Assembly (NCBI GenBank): GCA_945898045.1
Contig: CAMDGG010000002.1
Coordinates: 19,231-83,230, forward strand
From: a bacterium UBP8_UBA817
GTDB taxonomy: Bacteria > Margulisbacteria > Marinamargulisbacteria > SXXA01 > SICP01
Direction: 5' to 3'
DNA: 64,000 nt
The position numbers and the translations under genes were made by a program. How positions within the stretch are numbered: position 1 is the stretch's first letter; each line of letters opens with the position of its first letter. Shown here in pieces: positions 39,590 to 49,511 of the stretch. Under the pieces are notes generated by a model, which was not told the DNA's origin, ran no database searches, and saw only the letters and a program-made list of their open reading frames with translations.

Positions 39590-40603
39590 ATGATCAAAAA
39601 AAGTTTTTCAGTACAACGTCAATCTTTGCTTTCAATTTTCTATCAACAAGGGTTCGAACCTCGAAAACGATTTTACACACTCATCGGTCTTCCTTTTAGG
39701 GTCTTATTTCAGATTTGCCGAAAAATACCTTTTTTTCCCACATCCTCAACAGCCCTATTTTATAGAGGGGATAAGTCATACCCATTTAAATTTGACATTG
39801 CCAAAAACACCCAATTTGAATCCATTTTTATGAAGGCTTATGAAAATGGATACGAACCAGAAATAGGTGCTGCCATTGATTTACTTTTACCTAAAGAGGG
39901 CATTTTATATGACATTGGTGCGAACTGGGGTCATCATAGTTTTTACACAGCAGCCAACAAAAATTTTACTGGAAAGATTTATTCTTTTGAACCCTTCCCT
40001 TCTTCTTTCAATAACCTCTCCAAACTAGTTAAACAATTTAACTTGCAAGACACCATATACCCCGTCAATATCGCACTCTCCAATAAAACCAGCTTCGTAA
40101 ACATGGAAATACCCAGAGGATTGAGCGGTCGTGCAAAAATTACTTCATTAGCCTCATCCCAGGGAAAAATAAGCGCACAGCCATTAGATACTCTCACGCT
40201 TTCAAAACCAGATGTAATGAAAATAGACGTCGAAGGCTTTGAACATGAAGTCTTAATAGGAAGCATCCAAACTATAAAAAAACATCAGCCCCTAATCATC
40301 ATTGAAAACTGGAAAAGCACTACTTACGGAGAAACGCTTAAACCACTAGAACTATTAGAAAGTTTAGATTACAACTGCCACATTTTAGGATGGGAATTAC
40401 AAGACAAAGAAACAAATGAACCGATCATTCTGCATTCTCTCTACGATATCAACACGAATAAATTCAAAATCAATCTAATACTCATTCCATTCCATTCGGA
40501 ACTAAGATTTTTGTTTGATAATTTACTTAATATACTGGCCCTTCCGAAAGGATTCATAATACCCGAATCAATTTCAGTGTACAAAAAAAGTCCTGCGCTA
40601 TAA
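39590..40603 (+). CDS. FkbM family SAM methyltransferase
   Basis: YDIGANWGH, YSFEP, NIALS, MKIDVEGFEHEVLIG, IIIE. Confidence 0.92.
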   Translation: MIKKSFSVQRQSLLSIFYQQGFEPRKRFYTLIGLPFRVLFQICRKIPFFPTSSTALFYRGDKSYPFKFDIAKNTQFESIFMKAYENGYEPEIGAAIDLLLPKEGILYDIGANWGHHSFYTAANKNFTGKIYSFEPFPSSFNNLSKLVKQFNLQDTIYPVNIALSNKTSFVNMEIPRGLSGRAKITSLASSQGKISAQPLDTLTLSKPDVMKIDVEGFEHEVLIGSIQTIKKHQPLIIIENWKSTTYGETLKPLELLESLDYNCHILGWELQDKETNEPIILHSLYDINTNKFKINLILIPFHSELRFLFDNLLNILALPKGFIIPESISVYKKSPAL

Positions 40604-41527
40604 CGAAAGATGCTGCTTAATCCAAGCTTGCCCTTCCTCAATAGTATGAAATTCACCCGCAATCTGAGCCGCATAAATCTGTTTCAAAAGCGTCCCCATT
40701 TCTGAACCCGCCTTCACACCTAAGGCCTGCAAATCTCTCCCTAAAATAATCGGCTTAGGTTTCTTAGACGCTTCTACTTTTCTAGCAATCGAAGACGGCA
40801 TACCAAAATGAGCTACCATCATACCCAGCACATCATTCGGATAATCAGCCAATCGCACGATGCCCAATTTTTCTGCCGCAAAAAGCCCCAAAACGGGCTT
40901 CTTGGAAAGCAAAATCATCTTCCGAGTCTCCGCCCATTTGCGATCATTTGAAATATCTTCTAATGAAAGGGAGCTGCACAACGCGACTGTCTCGGGTGCA
41001 ATATCCAGTTCAAATCGGGCCGAAAATTGCATTGCCCGAAACACCCTCAGGGGGTCTTCTGAAAATCGAGGCCCCACATGCCGAAAGAACCGTCTCTCCA
41101 AGTCATTCCGGCCCCCAAACGGATCCAAAAACTCACCCGTTTCCATCACAAATCCCATGGCATTCATCGTAAAATCCCGACGCGACGCCGCCTCTTCAAA
41201 AGACATATCCCCATCTGCTTCAACTTCAAAATCCACATGCTTCTTGCCAGTTTTACGTTCTCTGCGTGGCAATGAAAAATCAATCTCCAGACCATCCACT
41301 TTCATTTTCACAACAGAAAAAAAGGCCCCCACCAAATTCACCTTTCCAAAAGCAGCCAAAATCCGAACCAGTTCGTCATAAGAAGCAATCCCAAAAACTT
41401 CTACATCAAAATCAGTAACAGGTATTCCCAACAACGAATCTCGAACACACCCGCCCACTAAAACAGCACGCCCCCCTAATTTATGAATTGCTTGTGAGAT
41501 TTTGGCTAAGCTTTCAGGAAAAATCAC
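40598..41527 (-). CDS. cca: Class II tRNA nucleotidyltransferase (CCA family, short)
   Basis: VGGCVRDSLLG..DFDVE, RRDFTMNAM, DPFGG, FSEDPLRVFRAMQF. Confidence 0.9.
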   Translation of the reverse strand: MIFPESLAKISQAIHKLGGRAVLVGGCVRDSLLGIPVTDFDVEVFGIASYDELVRILAAFGKVNLVGAFFSVVKMKVDGLEIDFSLPRRERKTGKKHVDFEVEADGDMSFEEAASRRDFTMNAMGFVMETGEFLDPFGGRNDLERRFFRHVGPRFSEDPLRVFRAMQFSARFELDIAPETVALCSSLSLEDISNDRKWAETRKMILLSKKPVLGLFAAEKLGIVRLADYPNDVLGMMVAHFGMPSSIARKVEASKKPKPIILGRDLQALGVKAGSEMGTLLKQIYAAQIAGEFHTIEEGQAWIKQHLSL

Positions 41528-42651
41528 AATAACCCTTCATGCAACCAAGAGACGAGCGACCGAATTTTGACTCCATTAGGATATGATTTTTCTCGATTAC
41601 ACTCCAAAACCAACTGCACTCGATTAGGAACCTCAATTTTATTCTCAAAATAAGAAAACTGGGAACTCAAATTCATATCAGCATATTTTACTTCAAATAA
41701 TGAATGAGGCACTTGATTCATAACTACTAGAAAATCGATTTCCTTGCCCTCTTTAGTACGAAGAAAATGTAAACTCCCCTTTATGCCTTTCGTATCTCTC
41801 AAAAAAGAAAGATCTCGATAGAGAGATAAAGCAACCAAATTTTCAAGTTTAGCCCCTTCAGAATTAGGAAAATCAACACGGCAATAGTCATAAAAATAAT
41901 ATTTAGAATCTTTTAAAATGGCCCTCGCAACATTCTTAGAATAAGGAGTCACACGAAAAATAATATACAAATTCTCCAAAAGCTGAAGCCATCTCTTCAC
42001 TGTATTGGCATCACATTCCAAATCACGAGCCAAATTGCTATAAGAAACCGTTGAACCTACCCTGCGAGACAACAACTCAATCAATAACTCAATTTTTTTA
42101 ATATCTCGAATCGTCGCCAAATCAATCAAATCTTCTCGCAAAATCACATCCAGATGACTCTGCTTCCACCGATCATAAAAAACTTTATCTCCATTCAAAA
42201 AAGGTTCTGGAAATCCACTACACTCCCACAATCGACGAAACGCTTCTTTAGGTTCAAACAAAACCAAGGCTTCTTTAAAATCAACAGGAAATAAACTGTA
42301 CTGAAAAAAACGACCCGCCAAAGAATCCCCTACTTTTTTGTACGTATCTAATTTGGCGCTTCCAGTCACAAGCCATCGAGGAGGAATACCCTGCACATCA
42401 TAAATACCTTTTAGCCATCTCTTCCAAGAATCCATTTTATGAACTTCATCCAATATGACCAAAGAACTATCACGACGCCAAGATGCTTCCTTGAGGGCTA
42501 TACGATCAGGCGCATAATCATAGTTAAAATAATCCGCATTAGGATAAAGACCCCGAGCCAACGTCGTTTTACCTGATTGCCTTGGACCAGAAAGCAAAAC
42601 AATTTTTGTTTCTAAGTCAGTCAAAATATACGAAACTAGGGATCGATTCAT
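41524..42651 (-). CDS. AAA_14/DUF4143 family ATPase
   Basis: GPRQSGKT, LDEVHK, VTGSA, SLAGRF, KYYFYD, EIDF..FEVK; ATG 42651. Confidence 0.92.
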   Translation of the reverse strand: MNRSLVSYILTDLETKIVLLSGPRQSGKTTLARGLYPNADYFNYDYAPDRIALKEASWRRDSSLVILDEVHKMDSWKRWLKGIYDVQGIPPRWLVTGSAKLDTYKKVGDSLAGRFFQYSLFPVDFKEALVLFEPKEAFRRLWECSGFPEPFLNGDKVFYDRWKQSHLDVILREDLIDLATIRDIKKIELLIELLSRRVGSTVSYSNLARDLECDANTVKRWLQLLENLYIIFRVTPYSKNVARAILKDSKYYFYDYCRVDFPNSEGAKLENLVALSLYRDLSFLRDTKGIKGSLHFLRTKEGKEIDFLVVMNQVPHSLFEVKYADMNLSSQFSYFENKIEVPNRVQLVLECNREKSYPNGVKIRSLVSWLHEGLL

Positions 42652-42670
42652 TAACGACCATTCTGACATA

Positions 42671-42702
42671 AATTCCGTTTTAGTCAAGACTATTTCGGAA
42701 TT
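42671..42702. promoter_or_regulatory. Palindromic operator overlapping the promoter of the AAA_14 gene
   Basis: AATTCCG-ttt-TAGTC-aa-GACTA-ttt-CGGAATT; minus-strand TTGACT-N16-CAGAAT. Confidence 0.6.
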
Positions 42703-42761
42703 GATATCTAAATAGACAGAAAAACGTTGACACTCACGCCCACCTAAGCTAGGTTACCAAT

Positions 42762-44165
42762 ATGTCCAAAAATACACTCTATGATAAAGTCTGGGACCTC
42801 CATAAAGTGGCCACATTACCCACCGGACAAGACCAACTTTTTATCGGCCTACATTTAATCCACGAAGTCACTACGCCACAGGCATTCGCCTCTCTTAAAG
42901 AAGCCGGTGTACCCGTTTTGTTACCTAAAAGAACGTTCGCAACCATAGATCACATCATTCCTACACAAAACCAACAACGTCCATACCAAGACAATCAAGC
43001 CGAATTAATGGCCACCACATTAGAAGACAATGTCAAAAAATTTGGCATTCAATTCTTCGACACCAACACGCAAAAACAAGGCATTGTCCACGTTATCGGC
43101 CCAGAACTCGGTATTACGCGTCCCGGCATGACCATTGCCTGCGGAGACAGCCACACCAGTACACATGGTGCATTTGGATCACTTGCATTTGGTATTGGCA
43201 CCACCGAAGTGGGCCTTATCTTAGAAACCCAAACACTTCCTTTATCACGACTTAAAGTACGCCGCATCACTGTCAACGGCACCCTCCAAAAAGGTGTGTA
43301 TGCCAAAGACGTCATCTTAAAAATTATCCAAGTCCTAGGCGTCAAAGGCGGCATCGGTTATGCCTATGAATTCGCCGGTTCTGTTTTTGATAACATGACC
43401 ATGGAAGAACGCATGACCGTCTGTAACATGAGTATCGAAGGCGGCGCCAGAATCGGCTACGTCAATCCAGACGAAACCACTTTCACCTATTTAAAAGACA
43501 GAGAATTCACGCCAAAAGGTCAAGCCTTCGAAGACGCCAAAACCTATTGGAAATCCATCGCCTCAGACAGCGATGCCGTTTACGATGACGTTGTCACTAT
43601 CGATGGGAATACAATTCAACCTATGGTCACCTGGGGCGTCACCCCCGGCCAATCCGCCAGCGTAACAGACACCATTCCCTCTCCAGAAAGCCTTCCCGAA
43701 GACGCCCGGAAAAACGCCGAAGAAGCCTACACCTACATGAAATTAAAACCCGGCATGTCCATGCAAGATATTCCTATCAACGTTGCATTCGTCGGTTCGT
43801 GCACCAACTCCAGAATCTCAGATTTAAGAGAAGCGGCCAAAATTTTAAAAAATCACAAAGTACATCCCAACGTCAAAATGCTCGTTGTACCTGGATCACA
43901 ACCCATCAAAAAACAAGCCGAAGCAGAAGGCCTTGATCAAATTTTCAAAGCTGCCGGAGCCGAGTGGCGAGACGCTGGCTGCTCGATGTGCCTTGCCATG
44001 AATCCAGATAAACTCATTGGCGACGAAATCTGTGCCTCCTCTAGCAACCGAAACTTCATGGGACGCCAAGGCAGCCCCACCGGACGCACACTCTTAATGA
44101 GTCCCGCCATGGCCGCTGCAGCTGCAATCGCTGGACACGTCACCGACGTAAGGACTTACTTATGA
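42762..44165 (+). CDS. leuC: 3-isopropylmalate dehydratase large subunit
   Basis: [48 protein letters not shown]. Confidence 0.99.
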   Translation: MSKNTLYDKVWDLHKVATLPTGQDQLFIGLHLIHEVTTPQAFASLKEAGVPVLLPKRTFATIDHIIPTQNQQRPYQDNQAELMATTLEDNVKKFGIQFFDTNTQKQGIVHVIGPELGITRPGMTIACGDSHTSTHGAFGSLAFGIGTTEVGLILETQTLPLSRLKVRRITVNGTLQKGVYAKDVILKIIQVLGVKGGIGYAYEFAGSVFDNMTMEERMTVCNMSIEGGARIGYVNPDETTFTYLKDREFTPKGQAFEDAKTYWKSIASDSDAVYDDVVTIDGNTIQPMVTWGVTPGQSASVTDTIPSPESLPEDARKNAEEAYTYMKLKPGMSMQDIPINVAFVGSCTNSRISDLREAAKILKNHKVHPNVKMLVVPGSQPIKKQAEAEGLDQIFKAAGAEWRDAGCSMCLAMNPDKLIGDEICASSSNRNFMGRQGSPTGRTLLMSPAMAAAAAIAGHVTDVRTYL

Positions 44166-44764
44166 GCACGTCTGCAAACAGAGTCACTATCAAAGGCACC
44201 GCCGTTGTCATCGAAGGCAACGACATCGACACCGACCGCATTGTTCCCGCACGTTTCTTAAAAGAAATTACGTTTGAAAATATGGGCGACTATCTCTTCT
44301 ACGATGTTCGATTTAATGAAGATGACACACAAAAATCACACCCACTAAACGAACCACAAAATCAAAAAGCAGCCATCATGATCGTCGGAAAAAACTTCGG
44401 TTGCGGCTCATCAAGAGAACACGCAGCCCAAGCGATTTTGCGATTCGGTATTCAAGCCATCATAGGTGAATCATTCGGCGAAATTTTTGCAGGAAATTGC
44501 AAATCTGTCGGTATTCCAGTACTCACCTCTACACCAGAAACGTTAGCGTCTCTTAAAAAAATTCTAGAAGAAAAACCAAGCACGTCAGTCACCATCGACC
44601 TCGTCGATAAAACCGCCGTCCTAGAAAATCACTCATTCCCCATCTCCATCGTCGAAGCCTGGAGACAAGCGTTCTTAAATGGCTCCTGGAACGCACTCGC
44701 TATACTAAAAGCTAACACAGATAAAATCAAAGCACTCGACGCATCGCTTTCGTATAAATTTTAA
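44162..44764 (+). CDS. leuD: 3-isopropylmalate dehydratase small subunit
   Basis: [32 protein letters not shown]. Confidence 0.98.
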   Translation: MSTSANRVTIKGTAVVIEGNDIDTDRIVPARFLKEITFENMGDYLFYDVRFNEDDTQKSHPLNEPQNQKAAIMIVGKNFGCGSSREHAAQAILRFGIQAIIGESFGEIFAGNCKSVGIPVLTSTPETLASLKKILEEKPSTSVTIDLVDKTAVLENHSFPISIVEAWRQAFLNGSWNALAILKANTDKIKALDASLSYKF

Positions 44765-44822
44765 GATCCAGAACAAAACACAACCAAGTTGCACCCACAC
44801 TAGAATAAGAAACTATTTCTTA

Positions 44823-44907
44823 AGGCCCCCTAAACCCCCCTAAAGGGGGACTTTGAAAATACGAATATGTACCCCTTCCCTTTTAGGGGAAGGCTGGTAT
44901 GGGGCCT
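44823..44907. repeat. REP-doublet-like palindromic element
   Basis: AGGCCCC...CCCCCTAAAGGGGG...CCTTCCCTTTTAGGGGAAGG...GGGGCCT. Confidence 0.7.
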
Positions 44908-45067
44908 AGTCTGAAACAGTGAACAACAGTTTTTATAAACATATTATTCTAGTGCCATTAAGACCTCTGGGGGTATCCTAAATCAGAAAGAATAGCCTGG
45001 CTATTTGATAGTCCATTATCATTTGGACATGTCTTTTTGATAGTTGACTGTAAAATAGCCATCCAAT

Positions 45068-45793
45068 TTATTCACTCGCTTGGTATTTTGGCTTCCCAAA
45101 TTCCCTAAGCAACACCAACTCATCCGGATGCAATTCGCGAAATTTATCGGGCGTTAATGTATCAATCGATACTTTCCCAAACCGAACGCGCTTCAACTCC
45201 AAGACTTTCGCACCCAACATTTCCATCATGCGCCGAATCTGACGATTTTTCCCCTCAATCATGGTCAATCCATACTGTTTCGGCGTTATCATTTTCACTT
45301 TTATGGGCTTGGTCATTTCACCAAACAACAACATTCCAGTCTCTAGTTTTTCTTGCATAATCGGCGTCAAAATACGGTCAATCGTGACGTGATAAATCCG
45401 CTCATGAGCCTTGCCAGCATTTAATAAACTATTCGCAAATACACCATCATTCGTGAGTAAAATAAGCCCTTCGGATTCTTTATCCAAACGACCAATCGCA
45501 TGTAGATTTTTATATTTAGGTGGCAACAAATCTTTAATTTCTCTCTCACCCCGTTGCGGCAAGTTGGTCACAATGCCACGAGGCTTGTAGTAGGCCAAAT
45601 ATTTGTGTTGTTTTTGAATCGCCCGAACGTGCGGAGACAACTCAATCTTATCTCGAAATGGATCAACCATCGTGCCCAGCGTCGTCACCACTTCGCCATT
45701 TACTTTAATCCAGCCCTTCAATAAATACTCTTCCGCTTTACGGCGTGACAAAATCCCTTCTTGTGACAAATGTTTCTGAATACGTAATTTCAT
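45068..45793 (-). CDS. RsuA/RluB family rRNA pseudouridine synthase with S4 domain
   Basis: RIQKHLSQEGILSRRKAE, YKPRG, IGRLDKESEGLILLTNDG, EGKNRQIRRM. Confidence 0.95.
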   Translation of the reverse strand: MKLRIQKHLSQEGILSRRKAEEYLLKGWIKVNGEVVTTLGTMVDPFRDKIELSPHVRAIQKQHKYLAYYKPRGIVTNLPQRGEREIKDLLPPKYKNLHAIGRLDKESEGLILLTNDGVFANSLLNAGKAHERIYHVTIDRILTPIMQEKLETGMLLFGEMTKPIKVKMITPKQYGLTMIEGKNRQIRRMMEMLGAKVLELKRVRFGKVSIDTLTPDKFRELHPDELVLLREFGKPKYQASE

Positions 45794-46728
45794 GCGCCCG
45801 CTTGCTCCTTAATATCTACCAATAAAGTCTTTAAAGTAGGCAAGGCCGAAACATAACCAAAATCTTCTGGGCGCACCACATCATATTCAAAGTGAGGATT
45901 TTCAATCAAATATCTTTCCCATGTTCCGAGCTTAATTCTGAACCATTTACACAGCACAAAAACAAACTGAGATGTAATCCTAATATGAAACGGAATAGAC
46001 ACCCCAAAGACCTGCCCTAAAGTCCGAAACACTTCACGCGCAGTCACTACAGGATGTCCTAAAACATACGCTTTTTTATCCAAAGGCTTAAATAACATCG
46101 CCTCCACCATAGTCGCCAAATCTACTGCATGCATAAAGTGAAACGACACATCCACATCAAAAAAACGAAGCCATTTTAAGTACCGCAAATTAGGCACAAC
46201 CCCTTCGCTAATATGCGAATACGGATGCGTTTTATCCCCACCAAAAACCATCGTCGGAAATACCGTTACAATACGCTCACAAGCAGGTGATTCTGGAAGC
46301 AACGAATAGGCTTTGTATTTAGAGCGTACATACCCTGATCCAAATTCACCCGCAGCCGCAATAGGCAAATTCCCTGGCCCTAAAATACTGGCCGTCGAAA
46401 AATAAACAATGCGTTTTGCACGTGTACACAATGCAAAAAGCGCGAGGGTCTTATCAACATTTGAAATCCAAACCTGCTCAGAATCGCCCCAAGAGGTCGC
46501 GATATGCACCACATAATCCATCTCAGACAACACATCAGCCAACGTCTCAATATCCGACATATCACACCGATGAATAATAATATTGGAATATAGTTTTGCA
46601 TCAAACTTCAGGCGACTCTTTTCACGCAAAAGCAAATGCAATTCGTAAGCCGGATTGCCTACAAATCGATCCAAAAGATAGTGACCAATACATCCCGCTG
46701 ATCCAGTAATAAAGAGTTTTTCTGCCAT
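45790..46728 (-). CDS. NAD-dependent epimerase/dehydratase family protein
   Basis: FITGSAGCIG, HIATSWG, YFSTAS, YVRSK; true start ATG 46728. Confidence 0.88.
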   Translation of the reverse strand: MAEKLFITGSAGCIGHYLLDRFVGNPAYELHLLLREKSRLKFDAKLYSNIIIHRCDMSDIETLADVLSEMDYVVHIATSWGDSEQVWISNVDKTLALFALCTRAKRIVYFSTASILGPGNLPIAAAGEFGSGYVRSKYKAYSLLPESPACERIVTVFPTMVFGGDKTHPYSHISEGVVPNLRYLKWLRFFDVDVSFHFMHAVDLATMVEAMLFKPLDKKAYVLGHPVVTAREVFRTLGQVFGVSIPFHIRITSQFVFVLCKWFRIKLGTWERYLIENPHFEYDVVRPEDFGYVSALPTLKTLLVDIKEQAGA

Positions 46729-46792
46729 CGCGCTATGATAAGTGCAAAGTGCCCAATACACAAGAAATGCCCTAAATGATAGAATCAACTTT

Positions 46793-48034
46793 ATGCAGAA
46801 TTTATTAATTACAGATTTTATCCCACACCGATATCCCTTTTTACTCATCGACGCACTGATCGAATGGGAAAACCGCAAACGCGCCGTAGGCATCAAAAAT
46901 ATTTCCCTCATGGACCCTTGGATGCAAGGACATTTCCCACAACATCCCATCATGCCAGCAAGTATGATCATTGAAGCTATGGCCCAAACAGCCGCCACAA
47001 TCTTCTCAAAAGACCCAGAATTTTCTACCCAACTTCCACTCTACGACGAACTCAAAAATGTACACTTCAAAAAATCAGCCTACGCCGGCGATCAGCTCAG
47101 ACTTGAAACAGACGTCATTAAGCTCAAACCCAATGAAATTAGCGTAGAAGCCAAGGCATTGGTAGACGGAAAAGTCATCGCAGAATGTACATTCATCTAC
47201 GCTATGACCAGCAAAGCATCTCGCCCACACATTCATCCCACCGCCTCTGTTCACGCGTCTGCCAGCCTCGGAAAAGACGTCGTCGTCGGCCCGTACACCA
47301 TGATCGGCGAAAACGTGATCATTGGAGACCGAACCGTTTTGGAAGCCAATATTTTGATCGAACGCGATACGCAAATTGGCGAAGATTGTCACGTCCATTT
47401 TGGCACGGTGATTGGCTCCAACGCACAAGATTTAAAATACAAAGGCGAACGCACCGCCGTTATTATTGGTGATCGAAACGACATTCGAGAATACGTCACC
47501 ATTAACCGATCTACAGGCAAAGACACGTCCACGGTTATAGGCTCAGACAATATTTTCATGACCAGTGTCCACATCGGACATAATTGCGTCCTTGGAAATA
47601 ACATTATTATTGCAAACACCTGCAACCTTGCTGGCCACTGTTTTGTAGAAGATCGGGCCATTATTGGCGGCATGACCGGCATCCATCAATTTACCCGCAT
47701 TGGCAAAGGGGCCATGGTCGGCGGATACTCACGCATTACACAAGATATAGCGCCCTTTACATTGTGCGAAGGCAATCCGGCTGTAATCCGAAATATCAAC
47801 GCAATCGGGCTCAAACGTAGCGGATCTTCTGCTAGCGAAATCACCGAAATCAAACACATCTTCCGAACTATTTTCAGGTCCAACAAAGTATTTTCAGAAG
47901 CAAAAAAAGATGTGCAAGCACTCACACCAATATCTGAAAACGCCAAACATTTAATCGATTTTTGCTTAGCCGATTCGCCTCGAGGCCTAACCCTCAAAAA
48001 AGAAGCATCCGACACAGAAACCATAACCGATTAA
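46793..48034 (+). CDS. lpxA: FabZ-LpxA fusion: 3-hydroxyacyl-ACP dehydratase plus UDP-GlcNAc O-acyltransferase
   Basis: N-terminal PHRYPFLLID...GHFP..PIMP..IIEAMAQ; C-terminal IHPTA hexapeptide repeats, QDLKYKGE, IREYVTINR, VHIGHNC, IHQF; single frame. Confidence 0.93.
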   Translation: MQNLLITDFIPHRYPFLLIDALIEWENRKRAVGIKNISLMDPWMQGHFPQHPIMPASMIIEAMAQTAATIFSKDPEFSTQLPLYDELKNVHFKKSAYAGDQLRLETDVIKLKPNEISVEAKALVDGKVIAECTFIYAMTSKASRPHIHPTASVHASASLGKDVVVGPYTMIGENVIIGDRTVLEANILIERDTQIGEDCHVHFGTVIGSNAQDLKYKGERTAVIIGDRNDIREYVTINRSTGKDTSTVIGSDNIFMTSVHIGHNCVLGNNIIIANTCNLAGHCFVEDRAIIGGMTGIHQFTRIGKGAMVGGYSRITQDIAPFTLCEGNPAVIRNINAIGLKRSGSSASEITEIKHIFRTIFRSNKVFSEAKKDVQALTPISENAKHLIDFCLADSPRGLTLKKEASDTETITD

Positions 48035-48035
48035 G

Positions 48036-49139
48036 ATGCAAAACCTACTAATTATCGCCGGAGAAGTATCGGGCGACCAATACGCCAGCAAGCTTGCCGA
48101 AACCCTAAAAAAACGAGATCCTCAACTAAATCTCCACGGCATCGGAGGCACACAACTTAAAGCCCAAACAGACCACTTCGTCTACGAAAGCGCTTACTCC
48201 CATGCCATGGGAAATTGGGAACATTGGAAAAAAAGACATCAAACCAAAATTCTGTTAGAAGCCCTCGAAACCTATCTCAAAACCACCCCTATCGACAAAG
48301 CCATTCTCATTGATTTTCAACATGCCAATTTCCAAATTGCTACTATTCTCCAAAAATATAACATTCCGATCTACACGTTTATCAGCCCCAACTTTTGGAT
48401 CTGGAATGACACCCGGAGCGCCAAAAAAATTGCCAAATACAGCCACACCATTTTCACCATTTTTGAACAAGAATATCAGCTCTATCACCCACTCCATCCC
48501 AGAGTCTATTATTTCGGACATCCGCTTCTATCACTTCGTCCACCCATGACAGATCCTACGCAAACTAAAAATCGCCACACCCTCACACTATTTCCTGGCT
48601 CCAGAGACCAAGAAATTCACTACCACTTTCCAGCCATGCTTAAAACCATACAAATCCTACAAAAAAATCAGGCTACTCATCCCATCCAAATAGCCGTCAT
48701 GAATCCCACCATACGAAAATTGATCAATCACTATCTCAAAAAATATCCCATTCAAAACGTACAATTTAAAGACGCTACATCACCCGATCTCCTGACAGAC
48801 ACAATGCTACTTCTCTGCGTCGCGGGAACTGTCACGCTCGAAGCGTTACTTACCTACACCCCCATGATCGTTTTAGGCGCTGTCTCCCCTATCACATTCT
48901 GGCTTGGAACCCATATCCTTAGAGTCAAACTCCCCCGAATTGCGCTCCCGAACATCGTCATGGAACAAACCATCATTCCAGAATTTATACAAAATTTTGA
49001 TCCCGAAAAAATTGCAGAAACCATAACAAAACTAGACACTAAAATGCTGGATCGCTATCCAGAAATCCTCAAAAAATTCACCAAAGATCCCAACCCGTTT
49101 GAAAGTATCGCCACAGTACTCTTAAAGGAGAAATCATGA
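48036..49139 (+). CDS. lpxB: Lipid A disaccharide synthase
   Basis: IAGEVSGD, ISPNFWIW, GHPL, FPGSRDQE, GTVTLE, ALPNI. Confidence 0.93.
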   Translation: MQNLLIIAGEVSGDQYASKLAETLKKRDPQLNLHGIGGTQLKAQTDHFVYESAYSHAMGNWEHWKKRHQTKILLEALETYLKTTPIDKAILIDFQHANFQIATILQKYNIPIYTFISPNFWIWNDTRSAKKIAKYSHTIFTIFEQEYQLYHPLHPRVYYFGHPLLSLRPPMTDPTQTKNRHTLTLFPGSRDQEIHYHFPAMLKTIQILQKNQATHPIQIAVMNPTIRKLINHYLKKYPIQNVQFKDATSPDLLTDTMLLLCVAGTVTLEALLTYTPMIVLGAVSPITFWLGTHILRVKLPRIALPNIVMEQTIIPEFIQNFDPEKIAETITKLDTKMLDRYPEILKKFTKDPNPFESIATVLLKEKS

Positions 49140-49483
49140 ACCTTAAAACATTTACCCTTGTTGAACTCTGCATTGTACTCAGCGTCATAGGCATATTGGC
49201 CATTATTATCGTCCCGAAAGTCGCTTCAACCACAAAAGAAACCAATCAAAAAGCACATAAATTTCAACGACAATTTATTAATACACAGCTCGAACTCTAT
49301 CACTTTCAAAACAATACATTCCCGATTCCAAGCGGAAATTTATCCGCATGGACCGACAATTTTAAGGATTATTTTCCGCAAGGGGTTCCCACAAAAGATG
49401 TCTACGGATATGATTGGGAAATCAATGCCCATGGCCAAGTAAACCTAGACGCCATGGAAGCCAAACACGGCAAACTCGAATAA
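49136..49483 (+). CDS. Type IV pilin/pseudopilin (GspG/ComGC-like)
   Basis: FTLVELCIVLSVIGILAIIIVP N-methylation-type motif; LELYH...FP...DVYG. Confidence 0.85.
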   Translation: MNLKTFTLVELCIVLSVIGILAIIIVPKVASTTKETNQKAHKFQRQFINTQLELYHFQNNTFPIPSGNLSAWTDNFKDYFPQGVPTKDVYGYDWEINAHGQVNLDAMEAKHGKLE

Positions 49484-49511
49484 ATTACCAGACAAGACCA
49501 AGGAGATTATT

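Noticed and set aside
46729..46998. 90-aa N-terminal extension of the epimerase overlapping fabZ-lpxA
   Set aside because: The Rossmann motif starts at ATG 46728 with its own -10; the extension is antisense shadow.
49136..49170. Non-canonical prepilin cleavage site (Thr at -1) as a novelty
   Set aside because: A single-residue deviation; its effect cannot be judged from sequence alone.
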